DNA from: the human T2T-CHM13v2.0 reference genome, Homo sapiens
DNA: 64,000 bases
NCBI RefSeq assembly: GCF_009914755.1
Contig: NC_060925.1
Strand: one strand, 5' to 3'
The notes under the pieces are model-generated. The model had not been told where the DNA came from. It did not search any database and saw only the letters and a program-made list of their open reading frames with translations. Of this stretch, positions 13,152 through 26,484 are shown one piece after another (position 1 is the first letter of the stretch; each line of letters opens with the position of its first letter). The position numbers were made by a program, and so were the translations under genes.

Positions 13152-16100
13152 ATGTCTTCACATAAAAGCTAGTCAGAAGCATTCTCAGAAACTGCTTTGT
13201 GATGCGGGAATTCAACTCACAGAGTTGAGCATTTCTTTTGACAGAGCAGTTATGAAACACTCTTTTTGTAGAAGTTGCAAGTGTTCATTCAGTGCTCTTT
13301 GAGGCCTATGGTGGAAAAGGAAATATCTTCACATAAAAACTAGACAGAAGCATTCTCAGAAACTTCTTTGTGATGTATGCATTCAACTCACAGAGTTGAA
13401 TCTTCCTTTTGAGAGAGCAGTTTTGAAACAGTCTTTATGTAGTATCTCCAAGTGGATATTTGGAGCGATTTGAGGCCTATGGTAGAAAAGGAAATATATT
13501 CACATAAAAACTTGACAGAAGCATTCTCAGGAACTTCTTTGTGATGTGTGCATTCAACTAACAGAGTTGAAAGTTTCTTGTGATAGAGCAGTATTGAAAC
13601 ACTCCTTTTCTAGAATCTGCTAGTGGATATTTGGAGATTGTTGAGGCCTTCTTTGGAAACGGGAATATCATCTCATAAAAAGTAGACAGAAGCATTCTCA
13701 GAAAGTTCTTGTGATGTGTCCATTAAACTCATAGAGTTGAACCTTTCTTTTGAAAGAGCAGTTTTGAAACACTCTTTTTGTAGAATCTGCAAGAGTTCAT
13801 TTGGAGCGCTTTGAGGCCTATGGTGGAAAAGGAAATATCTTCACATAAAAACTAATCAGAAGCATTCTCAGAAACTCCTTTGAGATTTGTGAGTTCAACT
13901 CACAGAGATGAACCTTCCTTTTGATAGAGCAGTTTTCAAACAGTCTTTTTGAAAAATCTACAAGTGGATATTTGGAGCGATTTGAAGCCTATTGAGGAAA
14001 AGGAAATATCCTCACATAAAAACTAGACAGAAGCATTCTCAGGAACTTCTTTCTGATGAGTGCCTTCATCTCACAGTTTTGAACCTTCCTTTTGATAGAG
14101 CTGTTTTGAAACCGTCTTTTTGTAGGATCTGGAATTGGAAATTTGGAGCGATTTGAGGCCTATGGTGAAAAACGAAATATCTTCACATAAAAACTTGACA
14201 GAAGCATTCTCAGAAACTTCTTTGTGATGGGTGCATTCAACTCACAGTGTTGAAATTTTCTTTTGAGAGAGCACTTTTGAAACAGTCTTTTTGTAGAATT
14301 TGCAAGTGGATATTTCTAGGGATTTGAGGCCTAAGGTGGAAAAGAAATATCGTCACATAAAAACTAGAGAGAAGAATTCTCAGAAACTTCTTTGTGATGT
14401 GTGCATTCAATTCACAGAGTTGAAACTTTCCTTTGATAGAGCAGTTTTTAAGCACTCCTTTTGTAGAATCAGCTGGTGGATATTTGCAGATTTTTGAGGA
14501 CTTCATTGGAAACGGGAATATCTTCACATAATAACTAGACAGAAGCATTCTCAGAATCTGCTTTGTCATGTGTGCATTCAAGTCACAGAGTTGAACTTTT
14601 CTTTTGATAGAGCAGTTTTGAAACACTCTTTTTGTAGAATCTGCAAGTGTTCATTTGGAGCGCTTTGAGGCCTATGGTGGAAAAGGAAATATCTTCACAT
14701 AAAAACTAGACAGAAGCTTTCTCAGAATCTTCTTTGTGATGTGTGCATTCAAATAACAGAGTTGAACATTTCTTTTCATAGAGGAGTTTTGAAACACTCC
14801 TTTTCTAGAATCTGCTAGTGGTTATTTGGAGATTTTTGAGGCCTTCATTGGAAACGGGAATATCTTCTCATAAAAAGTAGACAGAAGCATTCTCAGTAAG
14901 TTCCTTGGGATGTGTGCAATCAACTCTCAGAATTGAAACTTTCTTTTGATGGAGCAGTTTTGAAACACTCTTTTTTTTGGAATCTGCCAGTGTTTATTTG
15001 GAGTGCTTTGGAGTCTAAGGTGGAAAAGGAAATATCTTCTCATAAAAAGTATACAGAAGCATTCTCAGAAAGTTCTTTCTGGCGTGTGAATTCAAGTCAC
15101 AGAGTTGAACCTTCTTTTGATAGAGTAGTTTTGAAACACTCTTTTTGTAGAAGCTGCAAGTGTTCATTTAGTGTGCTTTGAGGCTTATGGTGGAAAAGGA
15201 AATATCTTCACATAAAAATTAGACAGAAGCATTCACAGAAACCTCTTTGTGATGTTTGCCTTCAACTCACCGAGTTGAACCTTCCTTTTAAAAGAGCAGT
15301 TTGGAAACAGTCTTTTTGTGGGATCTCTAAGTGGATATTTGGAGAGATTTGATGCCTATGGTGGAAAAGGAAATATCTTCACATTAAAACTTGACAGAAG
15401 CACTCTCAGAAACTTCTTTGTGATGTGTGCATTCCACTCACAGAAGTGAAACTTTCCATTTGAAAGAGCAGTTTTGAACACTCCTTTTGTAGCGTCTGCT
15501 TGTGGATATTTGGAGCTCTTTGACGCCTTCTTTGTAAACGGGATATCTTCAAATAAAAACTAGACATAAGCATTCTCATAAACTCATTTGTGATGTGTGC
15601 ATTCAAGTCACAGAGTTGAACCTTCCTTTTGATAGAGCAGTTTTGAAACACTCTTTTTGTAGAAGCTGCAAGTGTTCATTTTGCGTGCTTTGAGGCCAAT
15701 AGTGGAAAAGGAAATATCTTCACATAAAAACTAGAGAGAATTATTCTCAGAAACTTCTTTGTGATGTGTGCCTACAACTCACAGGGTTGAACCTTCCTTT
15801 GGACAGAGCAGTTTTGAAACAGTCTTTTTGTAGAATCTGCAAGTTGATATTTGGAGCGATTTGAGGTCTACTGTGGAAAGGGGAATATCATCACATAAAA
15901 ATTAGAGACAGAAGCATTCTCAAGAACTTCTTTGTGATGTGTGCATTCAACCCACAGAGTTGAACATTTCTTTTGATACAGCAGTTTTGAAAGAGTCCTT
16001 TTGTGGAATCTGCTTTTAAATATTTGGAGCTTTTTGAGTCCTTCGTCGGAAACGGAATATCTTCACATAAAAACTAGACAGAAGCATTCTCAGAAACTGC

Positions 16101-19100
16101 TTTGTGATGTGTGCATTCAAATCACAGAGTTGAACCTCTCCTTTGATAGAGCAGTTTTGAAACACTGTTTCTGAAGAATCTGCAAGTATTCATTTGGATC
16201 ACTTTGAGGCCTTTGGTGGAAAAGGAAATATCTTCACATAAAAACAAGACAGAAGCATTCTCAGAAACTTCTTTGCAATGTGTGCATTCAACTCCCAGGG
16301 TTGTACCTTCCTTTTGTTAGAACAGTTTTGAAACAGTCTTTTTGTAGGATCTGCAAGTGGATACTTGGAGGGATTTGAGCCCTCTTCTGGAAAAGGAAAT
16401 ATCCTCACATAAAAACATGACAGAAGCATTCTCAGAAACTTCTTGTGATGTGTGCATTCAACTCACAGAATTGAACTTTCTTTTGACAGAGCAGTTTTGA
16501 AACACTGCTTTTGAAGAATCTGCTTGTGGATACTTGGAGCTCTGTCAGGCCTTTATTGGAAACGGGATATCTTCAAATAAAATGTAGACAGAAGCATTCT
16601 CAGAAGCTGCTGTGTGATGTGGGCATTCAACTCACAGAGTTGAACCATTCTTTTGATAGAGCAGTTTTGAAACACTCTTTTGTAGAATCTGCATTGTTCA
16701 TTTGGACCGCTTTGAGGCCTATGATGGAAAAGAAAATATCTTCACATAAAAACTATACAGAAGAATTCTCAGAAACTTCTTTGTGTTGTGTGCATTCAAC
16801 TCACAGAGTTGAACCTTCCTTTTGATAGAGCAGTTTTGAAACACTCCTTTTGTAGAATCTGCTAGAGGATATTTGGAGATTTTTGAGGTCTTCGTTGGAA
16901 ATGGGAATATCTTCACATAAAAACAAGTCAGAAACGTTCGCAGAAACAGCATTGTGATGTGTGCATTCAACGCACAGAGTTGAGCTTTATTTTTGATAGA
17001 GGAGTTTTGAAACACTCTTTTTGTAGAAGATGCAAGTGTTCATTTATTGTGCTTTGAGGCTTATGGTGCAAAAGGAAATAACTTAACATAAAAATTAGAA
17101 GCATTCTCAGAAACTTCTTTGTTATGTGTGCATTCAACTCACAGAGTTGAACATTTCTTTTGATAAAGCAGTTTTGAAACACTCCTTTTGTGGAATCTGC
17201 TTTAAATATTTGGAGCTCTTTGAGGCCTTCGTTGGAAATGGTATGTCTTCACATAAATAGTAGACAGAAGCATTTTCAGAAACCACTTTATGATGTGTGC
17301 ATTCAAGTCACAGAGTTGAACCTTACTTTTGATAGAGCAGTTTTGGAACACTCTTTTTGTAGAATCTGCAAGTGTTCATTCAGAAGGGAATATCCTCACA
17401 TAAAAACTAGACAGAAGCATTCTCAGAAACTTCTATGAGATGTGTGCATTCAACTCACAAGGTTGAACCTTCCTTTTGAGAGAGCACTTTTGTAACAGTA
17501 TTTTTGTAGAATGTGCCAGTGGATATTTCTAGCGATTTGAGGTCTGTGCTGCAGAAGAAAATATCTTCACATAAAAAATAGAAAGAAGCATTCTCAGGAA
17601 CTTCTTTATGATGTGTGCTTTCAACTCACAGAGGTGAATCTTTCTTTTGATAGAGCAGTTTTGAAACACTCCTTTGTAGAATCTGCTAGTGGATATTTGC
17701 AGGTGTTTGAGGACTTCGTTTGAAATGGGAATATCTTCACAAAAAATTAGACAGAAGCATGCTGAGAATGTGTTTTGTGATGTGTGCATCCAACTAACAG
17801 AGTTCAACCTTTCTTCTGATAGAGCAGTTTTGAAACACTCTTTTTGTAGAATCTGCAAGTGTTGATTTGTAGCCCTTTGAGACCTATGGTGGAAAAGGAA
17901 ATGTGTTCACATAAAAACTAGACAGAAGCATTATCAGAAACTTCTAAGTGATGTGTGCATTCACCTCACAAAGTTGAACCTTCGTTTTGATAGAGCAGTT
18001 TTGAGAAAGTCTTTTTGTAGTAACTGCAAGTAGATATTTGGAGAGATTTGAGGCCTATGATGGAAAAGGAAATATCATCACTTAAAAACTTGACAGAAGC
18101 ATTCTCAGAAACTTCTTTATCATGTGTGCATTCAACTCACAGAGTTGAATCCTTCTCTTTGATAGAGCAGTTTTGAAACACTCATTTTGTGAAATCTGCT
18201 TGTAAATATTCAGAGCTCTTTGAGGCCTTTGTTGGAAATGGGATATCTTCACATAAAAACTAGAAAGAAGCATTCTCAGAAACTGTTGTGAGATGTGTGC
18301 ATTCAACTCACAGAGTTGAACATTTCTTTTGGTAGAGCAGTTTTGAAACACTCCTTGTCTAGAATCTGCTAGTGGATGTTTGGAGATTATTGAGACCTTG
18401 GATGGAAATGGGAATATCTTCTCATAAAAAGTAGATAGAAGCATTCTCAGAAAGTTCTTTGTGATGTGTGCATTCAGCTCACAGAGTTGATCCTTTCTTT
18501 TGATAGATAAGTTTTGAAACACTCCTTGTCTAGAATCTGCTAGTGGATATTTGGAGATTTTTGAGGCCTTTGATGAAAACGGGAATATCTTCTCATAAAA
18601 AGTAGACAGAAGCATTCTCACAAAGTTATTTGTGATGTGTGCATTCAGCTCACAGAGTTGAACCTTTCTTTTGATAGAGCAGTTTTGAAACACTCTTGTT
18701 GTAGAATCTGCAAGTGTTCATTTGGAGCGCTTTGAGACCTATGGTGGAAAAAAAATATCCTCACATAAAAACCAGAGAGAAGCAGTCTCAGAAACTTCTT
18801 TGTGGTGTGTGCATTCAACTCACAGAGTTGAGCCTTCCTTTGGATAGAGCAGTTTTGAAACAGTGTTTTTGCAAGATCTGCAAGTGGACATTTGAGCGAT
18901 TTGAGGCCTAAGGTGGAAAAGGAAATATCTTCACATAAAAACTAGACAGAAGCATTCTCAGGATCTTCTTTGTGATGTGTGCATTGAACTCAGAGAGTTG
19001 AACATTTCTTTTGATAGAGCAGTTTTGAAACACTCCTTTTCTAGAATCTGCTAGTGGATATTTGGAGATTTTTGAGGCCTTCGTTAGAAATGGGATATCT

Positions 19101-21292
19101 TCAAATAAAAACTAGACAGAAGCATTCTCAGAAACTGCTTTGTGATGTGTGCCTTCAACTCACAGAGTTGAATCTACCTTTTGAGAGAGCAGTTTTGAAA
19201 CAGTCTTTTTGTAACATCTGCAACTGGATATTTGGAGCGATTTGAGGCCTATTGTGGAAAAGGGAATATCTTCACATAACAACTAGACAGAAGCATTCTC
19301 AGAAACTTCTTTGTGATGTGTGCATTCAACTCACAGTGTTGAAACTTCCTTTTTATACAGCAGTTTTGAAACAGTCTTTTGTAAACTCTGCAAGTGGATA
19401 TTTTGATCGATTTGAGGAATATGGTGGAAAAAGAAATATCTTCACATAAAAACTGGAGAGAAGTATTCTCAGAAACTTCTGTGTGATGTGTGCATTCAAC
19501 TCACATAATTGAACCTTTCTTCTGACAGAGCAGTTTTGAAACACTCCTTTTGTTGAATCTGCTAGTGGATATTTGGAGATTTGCGAAGACTTCGTTGGAA
19601 ACAGGAATATCTTCACATAAAAACCAGAGAGAGGCATTCTCAGAATCTGATTTGGGATGTGTGCATTCAACTCACAGAGTTGAACCTTTCTTTTTATAGA
19701 GCAGTTTTGAAGTCCTGTTTTTGTAGAATCTGCAAGTGTTCATTTGGAGGGCTTTGAGGCCTATGGTGGAAAAGGAAGTATCTTCACATAAAAAGTATAC
19801 AGAAGCTTCCTCAGAAACTTCTTTGTGATGTGTGGAGTCAACTCACAGAGTTGAACCTTCCTTTTCATAGAGCAGTTTTGAAACAGTCTTTTTGTAGGGT
19901 CTGCAAGTGGATAATTGGAACTATTTGAGGCCTATGGTGTAAAATGAAATATCTTCACATAAAAACTAGACAGAAGCAATCTCAGGAACATCTTTGCAAT
20001 GTGTGCATTCAGCTCACAGAGTTGAAGCTTTCAATACAGCAGTTTTGAAACACTCTTTTTCGTAGAATTTGCAAGTGTTCATTTGGAGCCCTCTGAGGCC
20101 TATGGTGGAAAAAGAAATATCTTCTCATAAAAACTAGACAGAAGCATTCTCAGGAAATTCTTTCTTATGTGTGCTTTCAACTAACAAAGTTGAACCTTCC
20201 TTTGGATAGAGCAGTTTTGAAACACTCCTATTGTGGAATCTGCTTGTAAATATTTGGAGCTCTTTGAGACCTTCATTAGAAACGGCATATCTTCAAATAA
20301 AAACTAGACAAAAGCATTCTCAGAAACTGCTTTGTGATGTGTGCATTCAACTCACAGAGTAGACCCTTTCTTTTGATAGAGCAGTGTTGAAACACTCTTT
20401 TTGTTGAATCTGCAAGTGGTTATTTGCAGAATTTGAGGCCTTCATTGGAAACGGGAATATCTTCTAATAAAACTAGACAGAAGCATTCTCAGAAACTGCT
20501 GTGAGATGTGTGCATTCAACTCACAGAGTTGAACATTTCTTTTGATAGACCAGTTTTCAAACACGCCTTTTCTAGAATCTGCCAGTGGATATTTGAAGAT
20601 TTTTGAGGCCTTCGATGGAAATGGGAATATCTTGTCATAAAAAGTAGACAGAAGCATTCTCAGAAAATTCTTTGTGATGTCTGCATTCAGCTCACAGAGT
20701 TGAATCTTTCTTTTGATAGAGCAGTTTTGAAACACTCTTTTTGTAGAGTCTGTAAGGGTTCATTTGGAGTGCATTGAGGCCTATGGTGGAAAAGGAAATA
20801 TCTTCACATAAGAACAAGAGAGAAGCATTCTCAGAAACTTCTTTGTGATGTGCGCATTCAACTCACAGAGTTGAGCCTTCCTTTGGATAGAGCAGTTTTG
20901 AAACAGTCTTTTTGTATGATCTGCAAGTGGACATTTGGAGCGATTTGAGGTCTAAGGTGGAAAAGGAAATATCTTCATAAAAAACTTGACAGAATCATTC
21001 TCAGAAACTTCTTTGTGATGTGTGCATTCAACTCACAGAGTTGAACCTTTCTTTTGAGAGAGCAGTTTTGAAACAGTCTTTTTGTAGGACCTGCAAGTGG
21101 AAATTTGGAGCGATTTGAGGCCTATGGTGTAAAAGGAAATACCTTCACATAAAAACCAAACAGAAGCATTCTCAGGATCTTCTTTGTGATGTGTGCATTG
21201 AAGTCACAGAGTTCAACATTTCTTTTGATTGAGCAGTTTTGAAACACTCCTTTTCTAGAATCTGCTAGTGGATATTTGGAGATTTTTAAGGC

Positions 21293-21309
21293 CTTCGTTG
21301 GAAACGGGA
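21293..21309 (+). promoter_or_regulatory. CENP-B box, canonical
   Basis: CTTCGTTGGAAACGGGA. Confidence 0.85.
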
Positions 21310-23056
21310 TATCTTCAAATAAAAACTAGACAGAAGCATTCTCAGAAACTGCTTTGCGATGTTTCATTCAACTCACAGAGTTGAACATTCCCTTCGATAG
21401 AGCGGTTTTGAAACACTCTTTTTGTAGAATCTGCATGTGTTCATTTGGAGCACTTGGAGGCCTATGGTGGAAAAGGAAATATCTTCACATAAAAACTAGA
21501 CAAAAGCATTCTCAGAAACCTTTGTGATGTGTTCATTCAACTCACAGAGTTGAACCTTCCTTTTGATAGGGCAGTTTTGAGACACTCTTTTTGAAGGATC
21601 GGCAAGTGGATATTTGTAACGATTTGAGGCCTCTCAGTGAAAAGGAAATATCTTCACATAAAAATTTGACAGAAGTGTTTTCACAAAATTCTTTTGATGT
21701 GTGCATTCAACTCACAGAGTTGAACCTTAATTTTGATAGAGCAGTATTGAAACATTTTTTGTAAAATCTGCAAGTGTTCACTTGGAGCACTTTGAGGCCT
21801 ATAGTGGAAAAGGAAATATCTTCACATAAAAACTAGACAGAACCACTCTCAGAAACTTCTTTGTGATGTGTGCCTTAAACGCACAGAGTTGAACCTTCCT
21901 TTTCAGAAGAGCAGTTTTGAAACAAACGTTTTGTAGAAGCTGCAAGTGTATATTTGGAGCGATTTGAGGCCTATGGTGGAAAAGGAAATATCTTCACATA
22001 AAAATTAGACAGAAGCATTCTCAAGAACTTCTTTGTCATGTGTGCATTCAACTATCACATAAAAACTAGACAGAAGCATTCTCAGAAACTGCTTTGTGAT
22101 GTGTTCATTCAACTCACAGAGTTGAACATTTCTTTTGATAGAGCAGTTTTGAAATATTCTTTTTGTAGAATCTGCAAGTGTTCATTTGGAGCATTTGAGG
22201 CCTAGTGTGGAAAAGGAAATATCTTCACATAAAAACTATACAGAAGACTTCTCAGAATCTGGTTTGTGATGTGTGTATTCAACTCACAGAGTTGAACCTT
22301 TCTTTTGATAGAGCAGTTTTGAAACAATCTTTTTGTAGAATCTGCAAGTTTTCATTTGGAGCGCTTTGAGGCCTATGGTGGAAGAGGAAACATCTTCACA
22401 TAAAAACTAGACAGAGGTATTCTCAGAAACTTTTTGTGATGTGTGCTTTCAACTCACAGAGTTGAACTTTCCTTTTGAGAGAGCAGTTTTGAAACAGTCT
22501 TTTTGTAGAATCTGCAAGTGGATATTTGGGGCGATTTGAGGCCTATGGAGGAAAAGGAAATATCTTCACGTAAGAGCTTGAGAGAAGCATTCTCAAAAAC
22601 TTCTTTGTGATGTTTGCATTCAACTCACAGTGTTCAACCTTTCTTTTCATAGAGCAGCTTTGAAACACTCCATTTGTAGCATCTGCTAGTGGATATTTGG
22701 AGCTCTTTGAGGCCTTCATTTTAAAATGGAATATCTTCACATAAAAAATTGACAGAAGCATTCTCAGAAACTTCCTTGTGAGGCGTCCATTCAACTCACA
22801 GAGTTGAACCTTCCTTTTGAGAAGAGCAGTTTTGAAACACTCTTTTTCCAGAATTTGCAAGTGTTCATTTGGAGCGCTTTGAGGCCTGTGATAGAAAAGG
22901 AAATATCTTGATTTAAAAACCAGACAGAAGCATTCTCAGAAACTTCTTTGTTATGTGTGCATTCAACTTACAGATTTGAACCTTCCTTTTGGTAAAGCAT
23001 TTTTGAAACACTCCTTTTCTAGAATCTGCTAGCGGATATTTGGAGATTTGTGAGGA

Positions 23057-23073
23057 CTTCGTTGGAAACGGGA
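23057..23073 (+). promoter_or_regulatory. CENP-B box, canonical
   Basis: CTTCGTTGGAAACGGGA. Confidence 0.85.
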
Positions 23074-26000
23074 ATATCTTCAAATAAAAACTAGACAGAA
23101 GCATTCTGAGAAACTGCTTTGTGATGTGGGCATTCAACTCACAGAGTTGAACCTTGATTTTGATAGAGCAGTATTGAAACACTCTTTTTATAGAATCTGC
23201 AAGTGTTCATTTGGAGGACTTTGAGGCCTATGGTGGAAAAGGAAATATCTTCACATTAAAACTAGACAGAAGCACTCTCAGAAACTTCTTTGTGATGTGT
23301 ACCTTCAACTCACGGAGTTGAAACGTCCTTTTGAGGAGAGCAGTTTTGAAACTGTCGTTTTGTAGAACCTGCAAGTGGATATTTGGAGCGATTTGTGGCC
23401 TATGGTGGAAAAGGAAATATCTTCACATAAAAACTAGGCGGAAGCATTGTCAGAAACTGCTTTGTGATGTGTGCATTCAACCAACAGAGTTGAACCTTTC
23501 TTTTGATATAGCAGCTTTAAAACAGTCCTTTTCTAGGATCTGCTAGTGGATATTTGGAGATTTTTGAGGCCTTCGTTGGAAACTGGAATATAGTCTCATA
23601 AAAAGTAGACAGAAACATTCTCAGAAGCTGCTTTGTGATGTGTGCATTCAACTCACAGAGTTGAACCTTTCTTTTTATAGAGCAGTTTTTAAACACTCTT
23701 TTTGTAGAATCTGCATGTGTTCATTTGGAGCGCTTTGAGGCCTATGGTGGAAAAGGAAATATCTTCACATAAAAACTACATGGAAGCATTCTCAGAAACT
23801 TCTTTGTGATGTGTGCATTCAACTCACAGAATTGAACCCTCCTTTGAGAGAGCAGTTTTGAAACCATCTTTTTGTAGAATCTGCAAGTGGAGATTTGAGC
23901 GATTTGAGTCCTATGGTGGAAAAGGAAATATCTTCACATAAAAACTAGACAGAAGCATTCTGAGAAACTTCTTTGTGATGTGTGCATGCAACTCACAGAG
24001 TTGAACCTTCCTTTTGATAGAGCAGTTTTGAAACCCTCTTTTTGTAGAGTCTGCAAGTGGATATTTGGATCGATTTGAAGCCTATGGTGGAAAAGGAAAT
24101 ATTTTCACATAAAAACTAGGGAGAACCGTTCTCAGAAACTTCTTTGTGATGTGTGCATTCAACTCACAGAGTTGAAAGTTTCTTTTCATAGAGCTGTTTT
24201 GAAACACTCCTTTTGTAGAATCTGCTAGTGGATATTTGGAGCTCCTTGAGGCCTTCTTTGGAAAAGGGAATATCTTCACATAAAAACTAGACAGAAGCAT
24301 TCTCAGATACTGCTTTGTGAAGTGGACATTCAACTCACACAGTTGAACCTTTCTTTTTATAGAGCAGTTTTGAAACACTCCTTTTGTAGAATCTGCTTGT
24401 CGATATTTGGAGCTGTTTGAAGCTTTCGTTTGAAACAGGGTACCTTCAATCCAAAACTAGAGAGAGGTATTCTCAGAAACCGCTTTGTGATGTGTGCATT
24501 CAACTCACAGATTTAAACCTTTCTTTTGATAGAGCAGTTGTGAAACACACTTTTTGTAGAATCTGAAAATGTTCATTGGGAGCGCTTTGGGGACTATGGT
24601 GGAAAAGGAAATATCTTCACATAAAAACTAGACAGAAATATTGTCAGAAACTTCTTTGTGATTTGTGAATTCAACTCACAGAGTTGAACTTTCCTTTTGA
24701 GAGAGCAGTTTTGAAAAAGTCTATTTGTAGGATCTGCAAGTGGATATTTGGAGTAATTTGAGGCTTATGGTGGAAAGGGAAGTATCTTCACATTAAAACT
24801 AGACAGAAACATTCTCAGGAACTTCTTTGTGATATGTGCATTCAACTAACAGACTTGAACCTTTCTTTTGATAGAGAAGTTTTGAAACCCTGCTTTTCAA
24901 GAATCTGCTGGTGGATATTTGGGTATTTTGGAGGCCTTCATTGAAAACAGAAATATCGTCTCATAAAAATAGATAGAAGCATTCTCAGAAACTGCTTTGT
25001 GAGGTGTGCATTAAACTCACTGAGTTGAACCTTTCTTTTGATAGAGCAGTTGTGAAACACCCTTTTTGTAGGATCTGCAAGTGTTCATTTGGAGTGCTTT
25101 GAGGCCTGTGGTTGAAAAGGAAATAAGTTCACATAGAAACTAGACAGAAGCATTCTGAGAAACTTCTTTGTGATGTATGCATTCAACTCACAGATTTGAA
25201 CGTTCCTTTTGACAGAGCAGTTTTGAAACACTCTTTTTGTAGAATCTGCAAGTGTTCATTTGAAGCGCTTTGAGGCCTATGGTGGAAAAGGAAATATTTT
25301 CCCATAAAAACTAGATAGGAATATTTTCAGAAACTTCTTTGCGATGTGTGCATTCAACCCACAGAGTTGAACCTTCCTTTTGAGAGAGCAGTTTTGAAAC
25401 CGTCTTTTTGTAGAATCTGCAAGAGGATATTTGGAGCAATTTGAGGCCTATGTTGGAAAACGAAATATCTTCACATAAAAAGTAGACCAGAATCATTCTC
25501 AGGAACTTCTTTTTGATGTGAGCATTCACCTCACAGAGTTGAACCTTCCTTTGAGAGAGCAGTTTTGAAATAGTCTTTTTGTAGAATCTGCAAGTGGAAA
25601 TTTGAGCAATTTGAAGCCTATGGTGGAGAAGGAAATATCTTCACATAAAAACTAGACAGAAGCATTCTCAGAAACTTTGTGATATGTGCATTCAACCAAC
25701 AGAGCTGAACCTTTCTTTTGATTGAGCAGTTTTGGCACACTTCTTTTCTATAATCTTCTAGTGGTTATTTGGAGATTTTTGAGGCCTTCATTGGAAACGG
25801 TATATCTTCTCATAAAAAGTAGACACAAGGATTCTCAGAAACCGCTTTTTGATGTGTACATTCAACTCACGGATTTGAAACTTTCTTTTGATAGAACAGT
25901 TTTGGAACATTCTTTTTGTAGAATTGGTAAGTGTATATTTGAAGAGTTTTGAGGCCTTTGGTGGAAAAGGAAATATCTTCACATAAAAACTAGACAGAAG

Positions 26001-26467
26001 CATTCTCAGAAACTTACTTGTGATGTCTGCATTCAACTCACAGAGTTGAACCTTCCTTTCTATAAAGCAGTTTTGAAACAGTCGTTTTGTAGGATCTGAA
26101 AGTGGAAATTTGGAGCAATTTGAGGCCTATGGCGGAAGAGAAAATATCTTCACCAAAAAATTTGACAGAAGTATTCTCAGAAACGTCTTTCTGATGTGCG
26201 CATTCAACTGACAGAGTTGAACCTTCCTTTTGAGAGAGCAGTTTTGAAAGAGTCTTTTTGTAGAATCTGCAAGTGGATATTTGAGCAATTTCAGGCCTAT
26301 GGTGGAAAAGGAAATATCTTCACATAAAAAATAGACAGAAGCATTCTCAGAAACTAATTTGTGATGTGTGCATTCAACTAATAGAGTTGAAACTTTCTTT
26401 TGATAGAGCAGTTTTGAAACACCCCTTTTGTAGAATCTGCTAGTAGATATTTGGCAATTTTTGAGGA

Positions 26468-26484
26468 TTTCGTTGGAAACGGGA
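26468..26484 (+). promoter_or_regulatory. CENP-B box, canonical
   Basis: TTTCGTTGGAAACGGGA. Confidence 0.85.
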
